Assembly (NCBI GenBank): GCA_004195715.1
Contig: PSPX01000003.1
Location: forward strand, 5,232-69,231
Length of the DNA stretch: 64,000 bases
Direction: 5' to 3'
Source of the DNA: Methanobacteriota archaeon
GTDB lineage: Archaea > Thermoplasmatota > Poseidoniia > Poseidoniales > Thalassarchaeaceae
The notes under the pieces are model-generated. The model was given only the letters and a program-made list of their open reading frames with translations. It was not told where the DNA came from and searched no databases. Positions within the stretch are counted from its first letter, which is position 1; each line of letters starts with the position of its first letter. Below, piece after piece: positions 29,809 to 38,669 of the stretch. Both the position numbers and the translations under genes were made by a program.

Positions 29809-30138
29809 TCAGTAGTTGCCGATGGTCGATAGGCAGCGCTCTATCAGAGTGCCAAGCTCGCCAATCATCGCATCCTCTTCGTTTGTGAATCTGAGTGTCG
29901 CAGCTCCGGACTTCTTTGACTCAAGACTGGATGGTAGTATGTAGGGGTAGTAGTACAGCGGCAGCAGGTAGACCCCAACGTGGTGGAGCTGTATCCTGAC
30001 GCTGGCGAAGGGCCTGCCCGCTCCGGTCTCGATCCTGAGGTCTCCTGGTTCGTCCACGGTGACCGGCAGGCCTGCAGAGCCATCTCTTACTATCTCAGCC
30101 AACCTAGCCCAGAGGAACAAGTGGCCGGGGTTCTTCAT
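29809..30138 (-). CDS. Hypothetical protein (109 aa), translationally coupled to the upstream 3-hydroxyacyl-CoA dehydrogenase
   Basis: Its start overlaps the HBD stop (ATGA). No confident family assignment. Confidence 0.35.
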   Translation of the reverse strand: MKNPGHLFLWARLAEIVRDGSAGLPVTVDEPGDLRIETGAGRPFASVRIQLHHVGVYLLPLYYYPYILPSSLESKKSGAATLRFTNEEDAMIGELGTLIERCLSTIGNY

Positions 30139-31010
30139 CGCTCGACCTTCTTGCCGCTGGTCCAGTCGTAGATGCCCTCACCGGTCTTCTTGCCTAGGTC
30201 ACCTGCTTCGACCAATCGGTCAAGCAAAGGGTGCGGTCTGTAACTCTCGTCATCAAAGGCATCCGCGAGGTTGTTGAGAATGTCACGTCGCACATCCAGG
30301 CCAACGAGGTCGCTGAGTTCCAACGGCCCCATCGGATGCCTGTAACCCAGACGCATCGCTGTGTCTATGTCGCTTGCCGAGGCAACTCCGTCAGCCAGCA
30401 TGCGAATCGCCTCGTTGCCGAGCACGACCCCGAGGCGACTTGTCGCGAAACCCGGGACGTCGCGCACCACGATGGTTGTCTTTCCCATCGCAGAACCGAT
30501 TGATTGTGCGGCTGCGATGGTCTCCTCGGAGACAGTGTCGTGGCGCACCAACTCAAGCAGGCTCATCAGCGGTACTGGATTGAAGAAGTGCATCCCGATG
30601 ACCCTCTCGGGGCAGCCTGTCGATTGCGCTATCTCGGAAATCGAGAGCCCTGAGGTGTTGGTCGCGAGCATCGCGTGACTCGGTGCTAGACGCTCCAGTT
30701 TGGCGAAGATGTCCTGCTTCAACTGCATGCTCTCCGGCACCGCCTCGATAACAAGATCGGCGCCTTCGACCGCCTCAGCCAAGTCATTGACGCCCCTCAG
30801 GTTTTCCGACCACTCGGCCTTCTGAGTGGATGTGGTCTTGCCTCGCTCGATGCCTTTGTCCCAGAAAGCCTCGATTGCAACCATCCCCTTGGTAAGGCTC
30901 TCTGGAAACGCATCGTACAAACGGGTATTCCACCCAGTCTGGGCGCAAACTTGAGCTATCCCTGCACCCATAGTCCCAGCGCCGATGACGGCGACGCTTC
31001 GAACATCCAT
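30135..31010 (-). CDS. 3-hydroxyacyl-CoA dehydrogenase (3-hydroxybutyryl-CoA dehydrogenase-like)
   Basis: Conserved start MDVRSVAVIGAGTMGAGIAQV at Met22 (complement ATG 31010). NAD-binding and C-terminal dimerization domain present. Confidence 0.85.
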   Translation of the reverse strand: MDVRSVAVIGAGTMGAGIAQVCAQTGWNTRLYDAFPESLTKGMVAIEAFWDKGIERGKTTSTQKAEWSENLRGVNDLAEAVEGADLVIEAVPESMQLKQDIFAKLERLAPSHAMLATNTSGLSISEIAQSTGCPERVIGMHFFNPVPLMSLLELVRHDTVSEETIAAAQSIGSAMGKTTIVVRDVPGFATSRLGVVLGNEAIRMLADGVASASDIDTAMRLGYRHPMGPLELSDLVGLDVRRDILNNLADAFDDESYRPHPLLDRLVEAGDLGKKTGEGIYDWTSGKKVER

Positions 31011-31014
31011 CCGA

Positions 31015-31575
31015 TTACTCCCTACCATAGGCTGCAAGCGCGGCTTGGAATAGTCGCTGGCGGGGCACGTCATGCTCTAGAAAACAAGTGAATGGAGCGA
31101 CGTCCTTCAGTAATTCGATGGCGCTGACATAGGCGCCGTAGACGAATGGATCAGCTGATTCGGTTGCAGGGATTTCGATTCCGAGCTTGACCAGTCCCTT
31201 GCGGGTGTCTTCGTCCCAGATTGCGTAGGTATGGTTGGTGAAGTGGAGATAGGCAGACAGTCTGCGCAGATCCGACCTAGCCTTCTCGGTAAAACTCTCT
31301 ATCAGAAGCGTATCAGGGTACCTAATGGCGTACAACGCCAACATGACCTCTCTCTGGGTCTCTTCGCTCCAGTCACGCTCTGTTAGGCCCATCCAAGAAT
31401 CAATCATGTCGAGCATCTTGGGAGTGTACGGTCTACGAATCCTGTACAGCAGTTCCTCGTAACCCCCTGCATCTCCCTCCTCGGAGTGATGGTGCTGGTG
31501 GAAGTATTCGGTCAATCTTTCAAAGAACGGCCCGCACCGCTCCTTGTCAAATGATATCAGCGCGACGTGCTGCAT
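31015..31575 (-). CDS. Hypothetical protein (186 aa), possibly an accessory subunit of the adjacent PaaA-like oxygenase
   Basis: No diagnostic motif. It is histidine-rich near the N-terminus and sits 19 bp downstream of the PaaA-like gene in the same orientation. Confidence 0.3.
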   Translation of the reverse strand: MQHVALISFDKERCGPFFERLTEYFHQHHHSEEGDAGGYEELLYRIRRPYTPKMLDMIDSWMGLTERDWSEETQREVMLALYAIRYPDTLLIESFTEKARSDLRRLSAYLHFTNHTYAIWDEDTRKGLVKLGIEIPATESADPFVYGAYVSAIELLKDVAPFTCFLEHDVPRQRLFQAALAAYGRE

Positions 31576-31594
31576 ATCAAGGCCTCCAGCCGAG

Positions 31595-32737
31595 TCAGTC
31601 TCCCTTCCATTCTCGGTATTGAATCCATTCTTGTTGCATGTACTCGTTTACCAACTGATGCTCGTCCTCGTCTGATGGGAGGACTGACGAGAGGTACTCT
31701 TCCCAAGACTCTTCATCTCCCTCGAACTCCTCGCCGTGTACGGTGTAGCGCTTGCCGGCGAACCTACCTATGCCTCGCTCGAACTTGTCTGAGGGGATGT
31801 AGAGTTCCGGCTCCCCCTTCTTGCGAACTTTGCTGATTCTTCGCATCTCATCTCGAAGTTCTTGGAAGTACAACTCCCTACTGGCTTCGTTCAGGTGCTC
31901 CCTGTCCGCGTCCTCCCGTGCCTCACGCTCATCGTAGCGGCCCTTGACCCCGTAGACGTATGCCCACTGGGCGCTCGCCGAGTCATCGGTCCCAAACAAA
32001 TCGAGTCCGGTGCTCACCCACTTGTTGACATATTTCTGAATGAGGTCGCATGGGATGACGCCCTGCTTCACTATCCGACGCAGGCCGTTAGCTCCGGTTC
32101 CGAGGTGAAAAGACTCCTCCTTCAGCATTGGCCCCATGCTCGCAGCCAGCGGTTTGAACGACGAGGTACTAAGCATCTTGAGTTGGTACTTGCCGTCACG
32201 ATCAATGAAGTGAGTGAACATGAAGAAGTCGAGCCAGTGATCAATCGGCTCGTTGAACGAGCCCAGTATCCTCGTCCCTTCCTGAGCGTTTCTCTCGAGC
32301 AGCTTGGCGGCTTCGCGAACCCCCTGCTCGCCGAAGAATGTGCACAATAGGTAGGCCATCTGCCAACCGTGCCGCTGCTCCTCGCACATAATTCGTAGAG
32401 CGGACTTGCGGTCGTATTCAGTCGGAGCTGAGGCGAGCAGGTGATTCTGCTGCTCAACTGAGGCGAATTCGGTGTCGCCCTGAACACTGACCATATTGAT
32501 AATCGCATCGCGAATGGTCTGCTGAGGAATTTGCATCCTGCGATCCCACTTCGGTTTGCCTACGAAGTCGCCAAACTCGATTTGGTTGCCAGCTGTATCC
32601 CAATCGAACTTGATGTCGAAGCGGTAGTCGCCGAGCCATGAGGGGTCGAAGCCTATTCTGGTCTGCCACTCGCTGAAGTCGTGAATCCACGTCTCGAAGT
32701 TCTGAGTGTAGTCCTTGACAATCTCTGCGTCTGCCAT
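31595..32737 (-). CDS. Ferritin-like diiron oxygenase of the PaaA (1,2-phenylacetyl-CoA epoxidase subunit A)/BoxB family
   Basis: 380 aa. MCEEQRHGWQM (ExxH), GPMLKEESFHLGTG (the KEESFH block of PaaA), and a C-terminal ...FEGDEESWEEYL reminiscent of the PaaA C-terminus. Confidence 0.55.
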   Translation of the reverse strand: MADAEIVKDYTQNFETWIHDFSEWQTRIGFDPSWLGDYRFDIKFDWDTAGNQIEFGDFVGKPKWDRRMQIPQQTIRDAIINMVSVQGDTEFASVEQQNHLLASAPTEYDRKSALRIMCEEQRHGWQMAYLLCTFFGEQGVREAAKLLERNAQEGTRILGSFNEPIDHWLDFFMFTHFIDRDGKYQLKMLSTSSFKPLAASMGPMLKEESFHLGTGANGLRRIVKQGVIPCDLIQKYVNKWVSTGLDLFGTDDSASAQWAYVYGVKGRYDEREAREDADREHLNEASRELYFQELRDEMRRISKVRKKGEPELYIPSDKFERGIGRFAGKRYTVHGEEFEGDEESWEEYLSSVLPSDEDEHQLVNEYMQQEWIQYREWKGD

Positions 32738-32807
32738 GCAATATCGGCAGCAAGAACTGGTATATCAAACGCTGTATCAATATTCGCACTCTTTAGAGTG
32801 CGTTCAT

Positions 32808-33647
32808 TTAATTTCCATCGAATTCGGGAACTTCTCTGTTGACGTAGGCCGCAATCCCCTTCTTGGCATCGTCGCTCTGGAACAAGTCCGATTGCAACTC
32901 CCTCTCTAGGGCGAGATGGTACTCAAGAGGTATCTCCATCCCACTTTGGACGCTGCGCTTGATGTTCCCGATGGCCTTGCTGGCCGCATAGGGCAAAGTG
33001 AATTGTCCGGCGTAGTCAAGAGTGTCTTGACGAAACTCGTCGAGACTGCCGGCCCAGACGTCATGAACTAGGTCCATTTCCTTGGCTTCCTCGTACGAGA
33101 ACTTGCGTCCTGTAACCATTATCTCCATCGCCTTCGCCTTGCCGACTAGACGAGACAGTCTGGCAGTCCCGCCGGTGCCGGCGAGAACACCCAGAGATAC
33201 TTCGGGCAAACCCACCTGACCCGAGTCCTTACGGCCGATTCGGATATCGGCTGCCATGGCGATCTCAAGGCCGCCTCCTACGGCGTGTCCATTGAGAGCG
33301 GCGATTACTAGTTTGGGTGTCTGCTCTAGCCTGCTTAGAGTCTCATTGGCATGAAGGCAGAAGAAGTACTTGAAGCCGGGAGTGACTGAGTCTAGCATGC
33401 TGATGCTGGCTCCGGCAGAGAAGAACTTCTCGCCGTGCCCAGTCAGCATAATCACGGTGACGTCATCGTCGAAGCGAGCCTTAAGCACGGCTTCATCGAT
33501 GTCGCGCATCATCGAGTGGGTGTAGGTGTTCACGGGAGTCTTTCCCTCTGTGAGGGGTTCTCCAGTTGAATCCGAGCACAGTTCAATGACGGCTATCCCG
33601 TTGTCCGTCACTCCGTAGTTCACAAGGTTGTTCGTCATCGGCTCCAT
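32808..33647 (-). CDS. Enoyl-CoA hydratase/isomerase family protein
   Basis: The ORF extends to 33776, but the crotonase N-terminus (MEPMTNNLVNYGVTDNGIAVIEL) starts internally. ALNGHAVGGGLEIAMAADIRIG...GLPEVSLGVLAGTGGTARL. Confidence 0.75.
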   Translation of the reverse strand: MEPMTNNLVNYGVTDNGIAVIELCSDSTGEPLTEGKTPVNTYTHSMMRDIDEAVLKARFDDDVTVIMLTGHGEKFFSAGASISMLDSVTPGFKYFFCLHANETLSRLEQTPKLVIAALNGHAVGGGLEIAMAADIRIGRKDSGQVGLPEVSLGVLAGTGGTARLSRLVGKAKAMEIMVTGRKFSYEEAKEMDLVHDVWAGSLDEFRQDTLDYAGQFTLPYAASKAIGNIKRSVQSGMEIPLEYHLALERELQSDLFQSDDAKKGIAAYVNREVPEFDGN

Positions 33648-33718
33648 TTCGGGCCAAGAGGTCATGCTAGCGCCACAGAGGGACGCCATATCAATCAAAC
33701 GGAGTTGGAGGGACGCCT

Positions 33719-34945
33719 TTAGGCGTCGTTCTCGCTGAAAGAGGTCTTCCCCCCGCCCTTGCGAACGAGGTCCCAATGTTCTGCAATTTCATTGCCTCTG
33801 GCGCTTGGTTCCCAGACGTCCCTAGAAAGTGCCTTCCTGAATGGCATGCGACTAACCATCCTGCTGTCCGCGAGCCGTTTGCGCCTCAACATGCCGAGTC
33901 TGACTACTGGCCACAGCATTCTCCGAACTAGTCCAGGCTTGTACACCCAGCGCATGAACACGAGACCATCTCCCTTCTTGCGCTGGTCACGCATCCAGTG
34001 ATTAGCCACCATCTTGAATCCCCGATTGCCAACTCTGTTCATCAGGAAACGGTTGACGGCGCTAGCTCTGACAAGGGGAACGAGACGCCCCCTCACCTCG
34101 CTCTCGTAGTCGCACTCGCCTAGAACGGCCTTGGCGGCCATAACGCCGCTGGTGACTGCGTAACGCATCCCGAAGCCCCACATGAAGTCCTGTAGTCCAC
34201 CCGCCTCGCCAACGTAGTAGCGGCCCTCGTGTACGTACTTGTCAGGCAGCGAAAAGTCGCCTTTGCCGCCGACCCTCTTAATCGGTCTGCGATTCAGGTC
34301 GTAGTGCTGTTCGTACCACGCGATGGTTTCGTTGAGGTAGCGCGAGGTCTTCTTCTGCTGGCGCCACAGGCAGGTGCAAATCAGACCTATGCCATCGATG
34401 ATGATGAGATAGGAGTAGGCCCCCGGAGCCAGTTTGTCATTCAGTTGGAAGGTGACATGATTGGGATGGTCTGTGTGAAAGATCTCCCCGAACGCCACCG
34501 CACTGGACTCCTTTGGACCGGCGGCGATAATATGGCAGTCCTTGGGATCCCTGCGGGTATCGTAGTGGATTTCTGCGCCTGCATCGAGTGCCATCCGCTT
34601 GAAGCCCTGGTCGATGCAATGTCCAGCGGTCCCACGCTCTACGACACGGAAAGCAAGTCCTGAGGTTCGAGGTTGAGTTATTTCGTCGTCAGGGTGTACG
34701 AGGTCAATCACATCGAACCCATTGGACTTGAATTCCTCTGGGTCGAAGCCCCATTCTCGTATCTCATCGAAGAAGTCGGAGTCACTGGTCCAGTTCTCTA
34801 TGCCTTGGAAATCACCGTCGAAGCGAGCCCCACTATCTGAGCGGATCTCGTGTACATGCACCTCCCGTCCCGCATTCGCGAGATAGGTAGCTGCAGCGAG
34901 ACCCGAGAGGCCTGCCCCTAGTATGTGGACTGGCTCACTGCTCAT
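33719..34945 (-). CDS. FAD-dependent oxidoreductase, geranylgeranyl-reductase-like
   Basis: 408 aa. HILGAGLSGLAAATYLA FAD dinucleotide fold, YVGEAGGLQDFMWGFGMRYAVTSG (GGR-like GDAAG region), and an Arg-rich C-terminal extension. Confidence 0.55.
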   Translation of the reverse strand: MSSEPVHILGAGLSGLAAATYLANAGREVHVHEIRSDSGARFDGDFQGIENWTSDSDFFDEIREWGFDPEEFKSNGFDVIDLVHPDDEITQPRTSGLAFRVVERGTAGHCIDQGFKRMALDAGAEIHYDTRRDPKDCHIIAAGPKESSAVAFGEIFHTDHPNHVTFQLNDKLAPGAYSYLIIIDGIGLICTCLWRQQKKTSRYLNETIAWYEQHYDLNRRPIKRVGGKGDFSLPDKYVHEGRYYVGEAGGLQDFMWGFGMRYAVTSGVMAAKAVLGECDYESEVRGRLVPLVRASAVNRFLMNRVGNRGFKMVANHWMRDQRKKGDGLVFMRWVYKPGLVRRMLWPVVRLGMLRRKRLADSRMVSRMPFRKALSRDVWEPSARGNEIAEHWDLVRKGGGKTSFSENDA

Positions 34946-35025
34946 GTTACTTCGACTTCAGGCCCTCCGCTTGAACGGTTGGGTCGCGTCCGTCGCGTTC
35001 AAGCGCAGCACCTCGATGGCTCTGC

Positions 35026-35448
35026 ATGACTCACGTACGAGTACTCATCGAGTCCGAGCGACTCGACCCCGAGGAACTGAGGAAGATGCTCACTGCGGAT
35101 GGCTGCGGCAGCGTAGTCTCTTTCGTAGGACTCACCCGAGGGGAGGACCATGGAGTGGCTGTCGAGCGACTAGAGTTCGACGCTTGGGAGAAAAGACTCC
35201 CAGAGGTACTGAACGAGCTCGCCGAGCAGGCTCTGGGCCAGTTCGGAGTGAGTTCGGTGGTGCTGGCCCACCGCACTGGTTCGGTCGGGCCAGGCGAACC
35301 CATAGTATGCATCCACGTCGGCTCGCCCCATAGGGCCGAGGGCTTCGAAGCCTGTAGTTGGCTGATAGATGAGCTGAAGCGGCAGGCTCCATTGTGGAAG
35401 AAGGAGATCCGGGCCGATGGTGAGATCTGGAAGGCCGGTCTTGGATGA
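35026..35448 (+). CDS. moaE: Molybdopterin synthase catalytic subunit
   Basis: 140 aa. VSFVGLTRG...LEFDAWEK...VLAHRTGSVGPGEPIVCIHVGSPHRAEGFEACSWLIDELKRQAPLWKKE matches the conserved MoaE blocks. Confidence 0.75.
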   Translation: MTHVRVLIESERLDPEELRKMLTADGCGSVVSFVGLTRGEDHGVAVERLEFDAWEKRLPEVLNELAEQALGQFGVSSVVLAHRTGSVGPGEPIVCIHVGSPHRAEGFEACSWLIDELKRQAPLWKKEIRADGEIWKAGLG

Positions 35449-36795
35449 TTATATCGTGTCCATCACACCACTGACACTGGCCACTGCCTCAGGCACGTTC
35501 GATGCTATTCCTTCTACCATCATCCAGCCGTGTCCCTTGACCCCGTCGCCAACGAGACGAACTCCCTCTATGCCGACATCTGAGGGCAGTTCGGCGCCCT
35601 GTGGGGCGCGATTGCAAGGCCAGTTCCTGTGGTAGGTGTGAACACACAACTCTTCTCCATGGTCAGCGAGCCACGGGATGGCATTGTAGAGATCCTCGCG
35701 CCCCTTCGTTATCTCCGATTTCACGCTCGGGTCCGGCACATACTGGTGTGTGATCATCATGTGCTTGCCCTCAGGTGCGAGGCTCGGATCAGAAAAGGTT
35801 GGAATTACATATCCGCCAACTCTTTCCAAGCCTGGCAGCATGGTTACTCCACTGCCGCGGTGAGGAATATCGTCGTCTAGCGCGAACACGAAGCCGATGC
35901 CCCCGACTGCTTGAGTGTCACGGACCTGCTCTCTGATTCCCGTAGATACCTCAAAGTCGTCCGAGAGCGCCTTGAGCAGGTTAGGGTGTCCGCCATTGTG
36001 GATAATCGCATCAGCACCAACCCAAACCCCCTCATCCCGACCGCGCCGCCTGATGCCGATACAGAAGCGGTTTCCCTTGGTCGACTCCTCTGCGTCACCG
36101 GGCAGTATCTCGGTAATCTCGTGGGACAGCTTGACGCGGGCTCCGTTCTCCCGCAGGTCGCTTCGCAGCCCGTCGATGACCCCCTTGCACCCGCCCTTGG
36201 GGACATGAGGACGGTCGCTCCAGAACGAATTCTGAAGCATCCTCACGACTGTTGATGCAGGCATCTGCTCGAACCTCAAGCTGATGGCGAAATTGGCAAA
36301 AGCATCGACAAAGTCGATGAAGTCATTGGAGAAGTACCTCGACATCCAAGTTCTGCCGTCCTCGGTCTCGTTGCCCCATGGCTGTTTGGCGGGCTTCATC
36401 AACAACCGCGGCAGGTTCAGCGTGTCCTTGAGCGAGAACCACGGTAAGACCCCGTAGACCGAGTTGGCCCGTTGAAGTTTACCATCCTTGATCTGGCAGG
36501 CGAACTTGGTGGTTGGCAGGAAGTCGACTCCATGGCGCCCAAGGTCGAGCCCACCGCTGCTCCGTTTGCCGAGTATCAGTTTTGCGAAGGGCCCCTTCTT
36601 GCCATGCGGGATCATGTGGACCGCGCCGGTTGGAATCTGAAAACCGTCGTGGTCGTGCTGAGTGAACCTGCCCCCGGCGAAAGACATCCTCTCGTAGACT
36701 GTGACATCGTACTTCTGTGTCTGTGCGAGACTTGCAGCTGATGCCAGCCCTCCTACTCCGGCGCCGATGACCACTGCCTTTGCTCGCTCGCTCAT
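35449..36795 (-). CDS. Phytoene-desaturase-family FAD-dependent oxidoreductase (CrtI-like, COG1233)
   Basis: 448 aa. AVVIGAGVGGLASAASLA...YERMSFAGGR and overall length/architecture of amine-oxidase-fold desaturases. Confidence 0.55.
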   Translation of the reverse strand: MSERAKAVVIGAGVGGLASAASLAQTQKYDVTVYERMSFAGGRFTQHDHDGFQIPTGAVHMIPHGKKGPFAKLILGKRSSGGLDLGRHGVDFLPTTKFACQIKDGKLQRANSVYGVLPWFSLKDTLNLPRLLMKPAKQPWGNETEDGRTWMSRYFSNDFIDFVDAFANFAISLRFEQMPASTVVRMLQNSFWSDRPHVPKGGCKGVIDGLRSDLRENGARVKLSHEITEILPGDAEESTKGNRFCIGIRRRGRDEGVWVGADAIIHNGGHPNLLKALSDDFEVSTGIREQVRDTQAVGGIGFVFALDDDIPHRGSGVTMLPGLERVGGYVIPTFSDPSLAPEGKHMMITHQYVPDPSVKSEITKGREDLYNAIPWLADHGEELCVHTYHRNWPCNRAPQGAELPSDVGIEGVRLVGDGVKGHGWMMVEGIASNVPEAVASVSGVMDTI

Positions 36796-36804
36796 CCTGC
36801 CACC

Positions 36805-37065
36805 TCAGGAGTACACTAGGGCTCCTGTCGGACACCAAAGGAGGCACCTCAGGCAGTCAGTGCAGTTATCCTCGATGACCTCGCAAAGTCCCTCGACGAT
36901 TAGCGCATCGTCCTTACAGGTCATCAGACAGTAAGAGCAGCCAACACAGAGTTCGTCGATTACCTGCAGTTTCAGGCCGTCAGTGATAGGCCTGTCATGG
37001 GCGATACCAGATTCCAACTCGGGGACAGCGCCCGGAGTCGCCTTGTTTCGAAACGCCTCGGCCAC
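36805..37065 (-). CDS. 2x[4Fe-4S] ferredoxin
   Basis: 86 aa. CVGCSYCLMTC and CTDCLRCLLWCP cluster motifs. It lies 9 bp upstream of the CrtI-like gene. Confidence 0.7.
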   Translation of the reverse strand: MAEAFRNKATPGAVPELESGIAHDRPITDGLKLQVIDELCVGCSYCLMTCKDDALIVEGLCEVIEDNCTDCLRCLLWCPTGALVYS

Positions 37066-37194
37066 GCCACCCCATTGCCGCCGACTATTTCAGATGTTAT
37101 CCACCAACTCACTACAACTACGACTCCGCCGATAGGCCGGTTTGCTGAATAGTAATGATGAACTCGCAAGCACACAGGCGAGAGAGGCGATCGA

Positions 37195-37656
37195 TTGGAC
37201 GAGGAGTCGTGGACCGGGATAATCGATGTGGGATCTAAGCCCGTTGTCGCTCGCGAGGCGGTAGCCACTGGCCTGCTTGTCCTCTCCGAGAGAGGTATCG
37301 ATGTCGTGGCAAACGGTCGCTCCCCAAAGGGCGATGTCAGAGAAGCCTCGACGGTAGCCGCTATCCAAGCGGTAAAGGAGACGCCCCGAACCTTACCTCA
37401 CTGCCATCCAATTCCCATCGAGGGCTGCACGGTTGATTGGAGGATAGAGGAGAACGGTCTGCGCTGTACAGTCTCCGTGCGCACCCACTGGATCACTGGG
37501 GTGGAGATGGAGGCACTGTGCGGAGTCAACGCAGGGCTGCTGTGTGCCTGGGACATGCTCAAGTCAATTGAGAAGGACTCCGAGGGGCAGTATCCGACTT
37601 CTACGATAGAAGGAGTACGGGTCTTGCGCAAGAGCAAGGGTGACCCGCATGATTGA
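37195..37656 (+). CDS. moaC: Cyclic pyranopterin monophosphate synthase
   Basis: 153 aa. KGDVREASTVAAIQAVKETPRTLPHCHPIPIEG...TGVEMEALCGVNAGLLCAWDMLKS. Confidence 0.8.
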   Translation: MDEESWTGIIDVGSKPVVAREAVATGLLVLSERGIDVVANGRSPKGDVREASTVAAIQAVKETPRTLPHCHPIPIEGCTVDWRIEENGLRCTVSVRTHWITGVEMEALCGVNAGLLCAWDMLKSIEKDSEGQYPTSTIEGVRVLRKSKGDPHD

Positions 37657-38628
37657 ATGCTAAGGCTCGTTCGGAACAGCATGGCGACCACCGACCTCAT
37701 TGAGCACTTTCTACAGGCCACTGAGGCCGCTGCGGTAGCAGCTTCGGCTTGGAGGGGACTGGAGGACCGCAAGGCCGCAGACGGAGCAGCCGTCGAAGCC
37801 ATGCGTACCGTATTCGACAGCGTGCCCTTTGACGGGCGCGTGGCTATAGGCGAGGGCGAGCGCGATGATGCACCAATGCTTTGGATTGGCGAACCCCTAG
37901 GCTCGATGCAAGGTGTCACCGGGGCACCGACAATCGACATAGCCGTCGATCCTCTGGAGTGTACTAACCACGTCGCCCTCGACCTGCCCAATGCGATGGC
38001 AGTTCTCGCTGCAGCTCCTCGCGGTAATTTGCTGCACGCCCCCGACTGCTACATGGACAAGATAGCCGGTCCGGCCGCCCTCGCAGGCGAGGTTAGCCTT
38101 GAGGCCGACACTTCTTACAACGTTGAGGCTGCCTGCGCCGCTCTCGGAAAAACCACTTCACAGCTCCGCGTGGTGGTGATGGACCGGCCGCGACACGAAC
38201 AGCTGATACGCGAGCTGAAGCAGCACAATGTCAACATCATCCTCATTGGCGACGGCGACATCGCCGCGGCTCTGAACGCCGCCGACCCTGATTCGGACAT
38301 TGACATGCTGATGGGGATAGGGGCAGCCCCCGAGGGAGTAATCACAGCGACTGCCCTCAGGGGGCTGAAGGCTCCCTTTGAGGGACGACTAGTGTTCAAA
38401 AACGAAGGTCATCGCGAGCGCGCTGAGAGTATGATTGAGGGTGATGTGGACAGAATCTGGAATCGCGATGAGTTATGCTCGTCGGACGATTCAGTATTCA
38501 TCGGCTCCGGAGTCTGCCCAGGACGGACCCGCGGTGTCGAGGAAACCGATGACGGAAGGTACTCAGTTCACTCAGAAGTGATTGATGTTAAATCCGGTGA
38601 GCATTACTTCGTGTCCTCGGTGCGATGA
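37657..38628 (+). CDS. glpX: Fructose-1,6-bisphosphatase class II
   Basis: 323 aa. AAVEAMR...GRVAIGEGERDDAPMLWIGE...IDIAVDPLECTN match the conserved GlpX blocks. Confidence 0.85.
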   Translation: MLRLVRNSMATTDLIEHFLQATEAAAVAASAWRGLEDRKAADGAAVEAMRTVFDSVPFDGRVAIGEGERDDAPMLWIGEPLGSMQGVTGAPTIDIAVDPLECTNHVALDLPNAMAVLAAAPRGNLLHAPDCYMDKIAGPAALAGEVSLEADTSYNVEAACAALGKTTSQLRVVVMDRPRHEQLIRELKQHNVNIILIGDGDIAAALNAADPDSDIDMLMGIGAAPEGVITATALRGLKAPFEGRLVFKNEGHRERAESMIEGDVDRIWNRDELCSSDDSVFIGSGVCPGRTRGVEETDDGRYSVHSEVIDVKSGEHYFVSSVR

Positions 38629-38669
38629 GTTCTTCTCCTACTGCTCGCACGTGCTCACGAGGTCATCGG

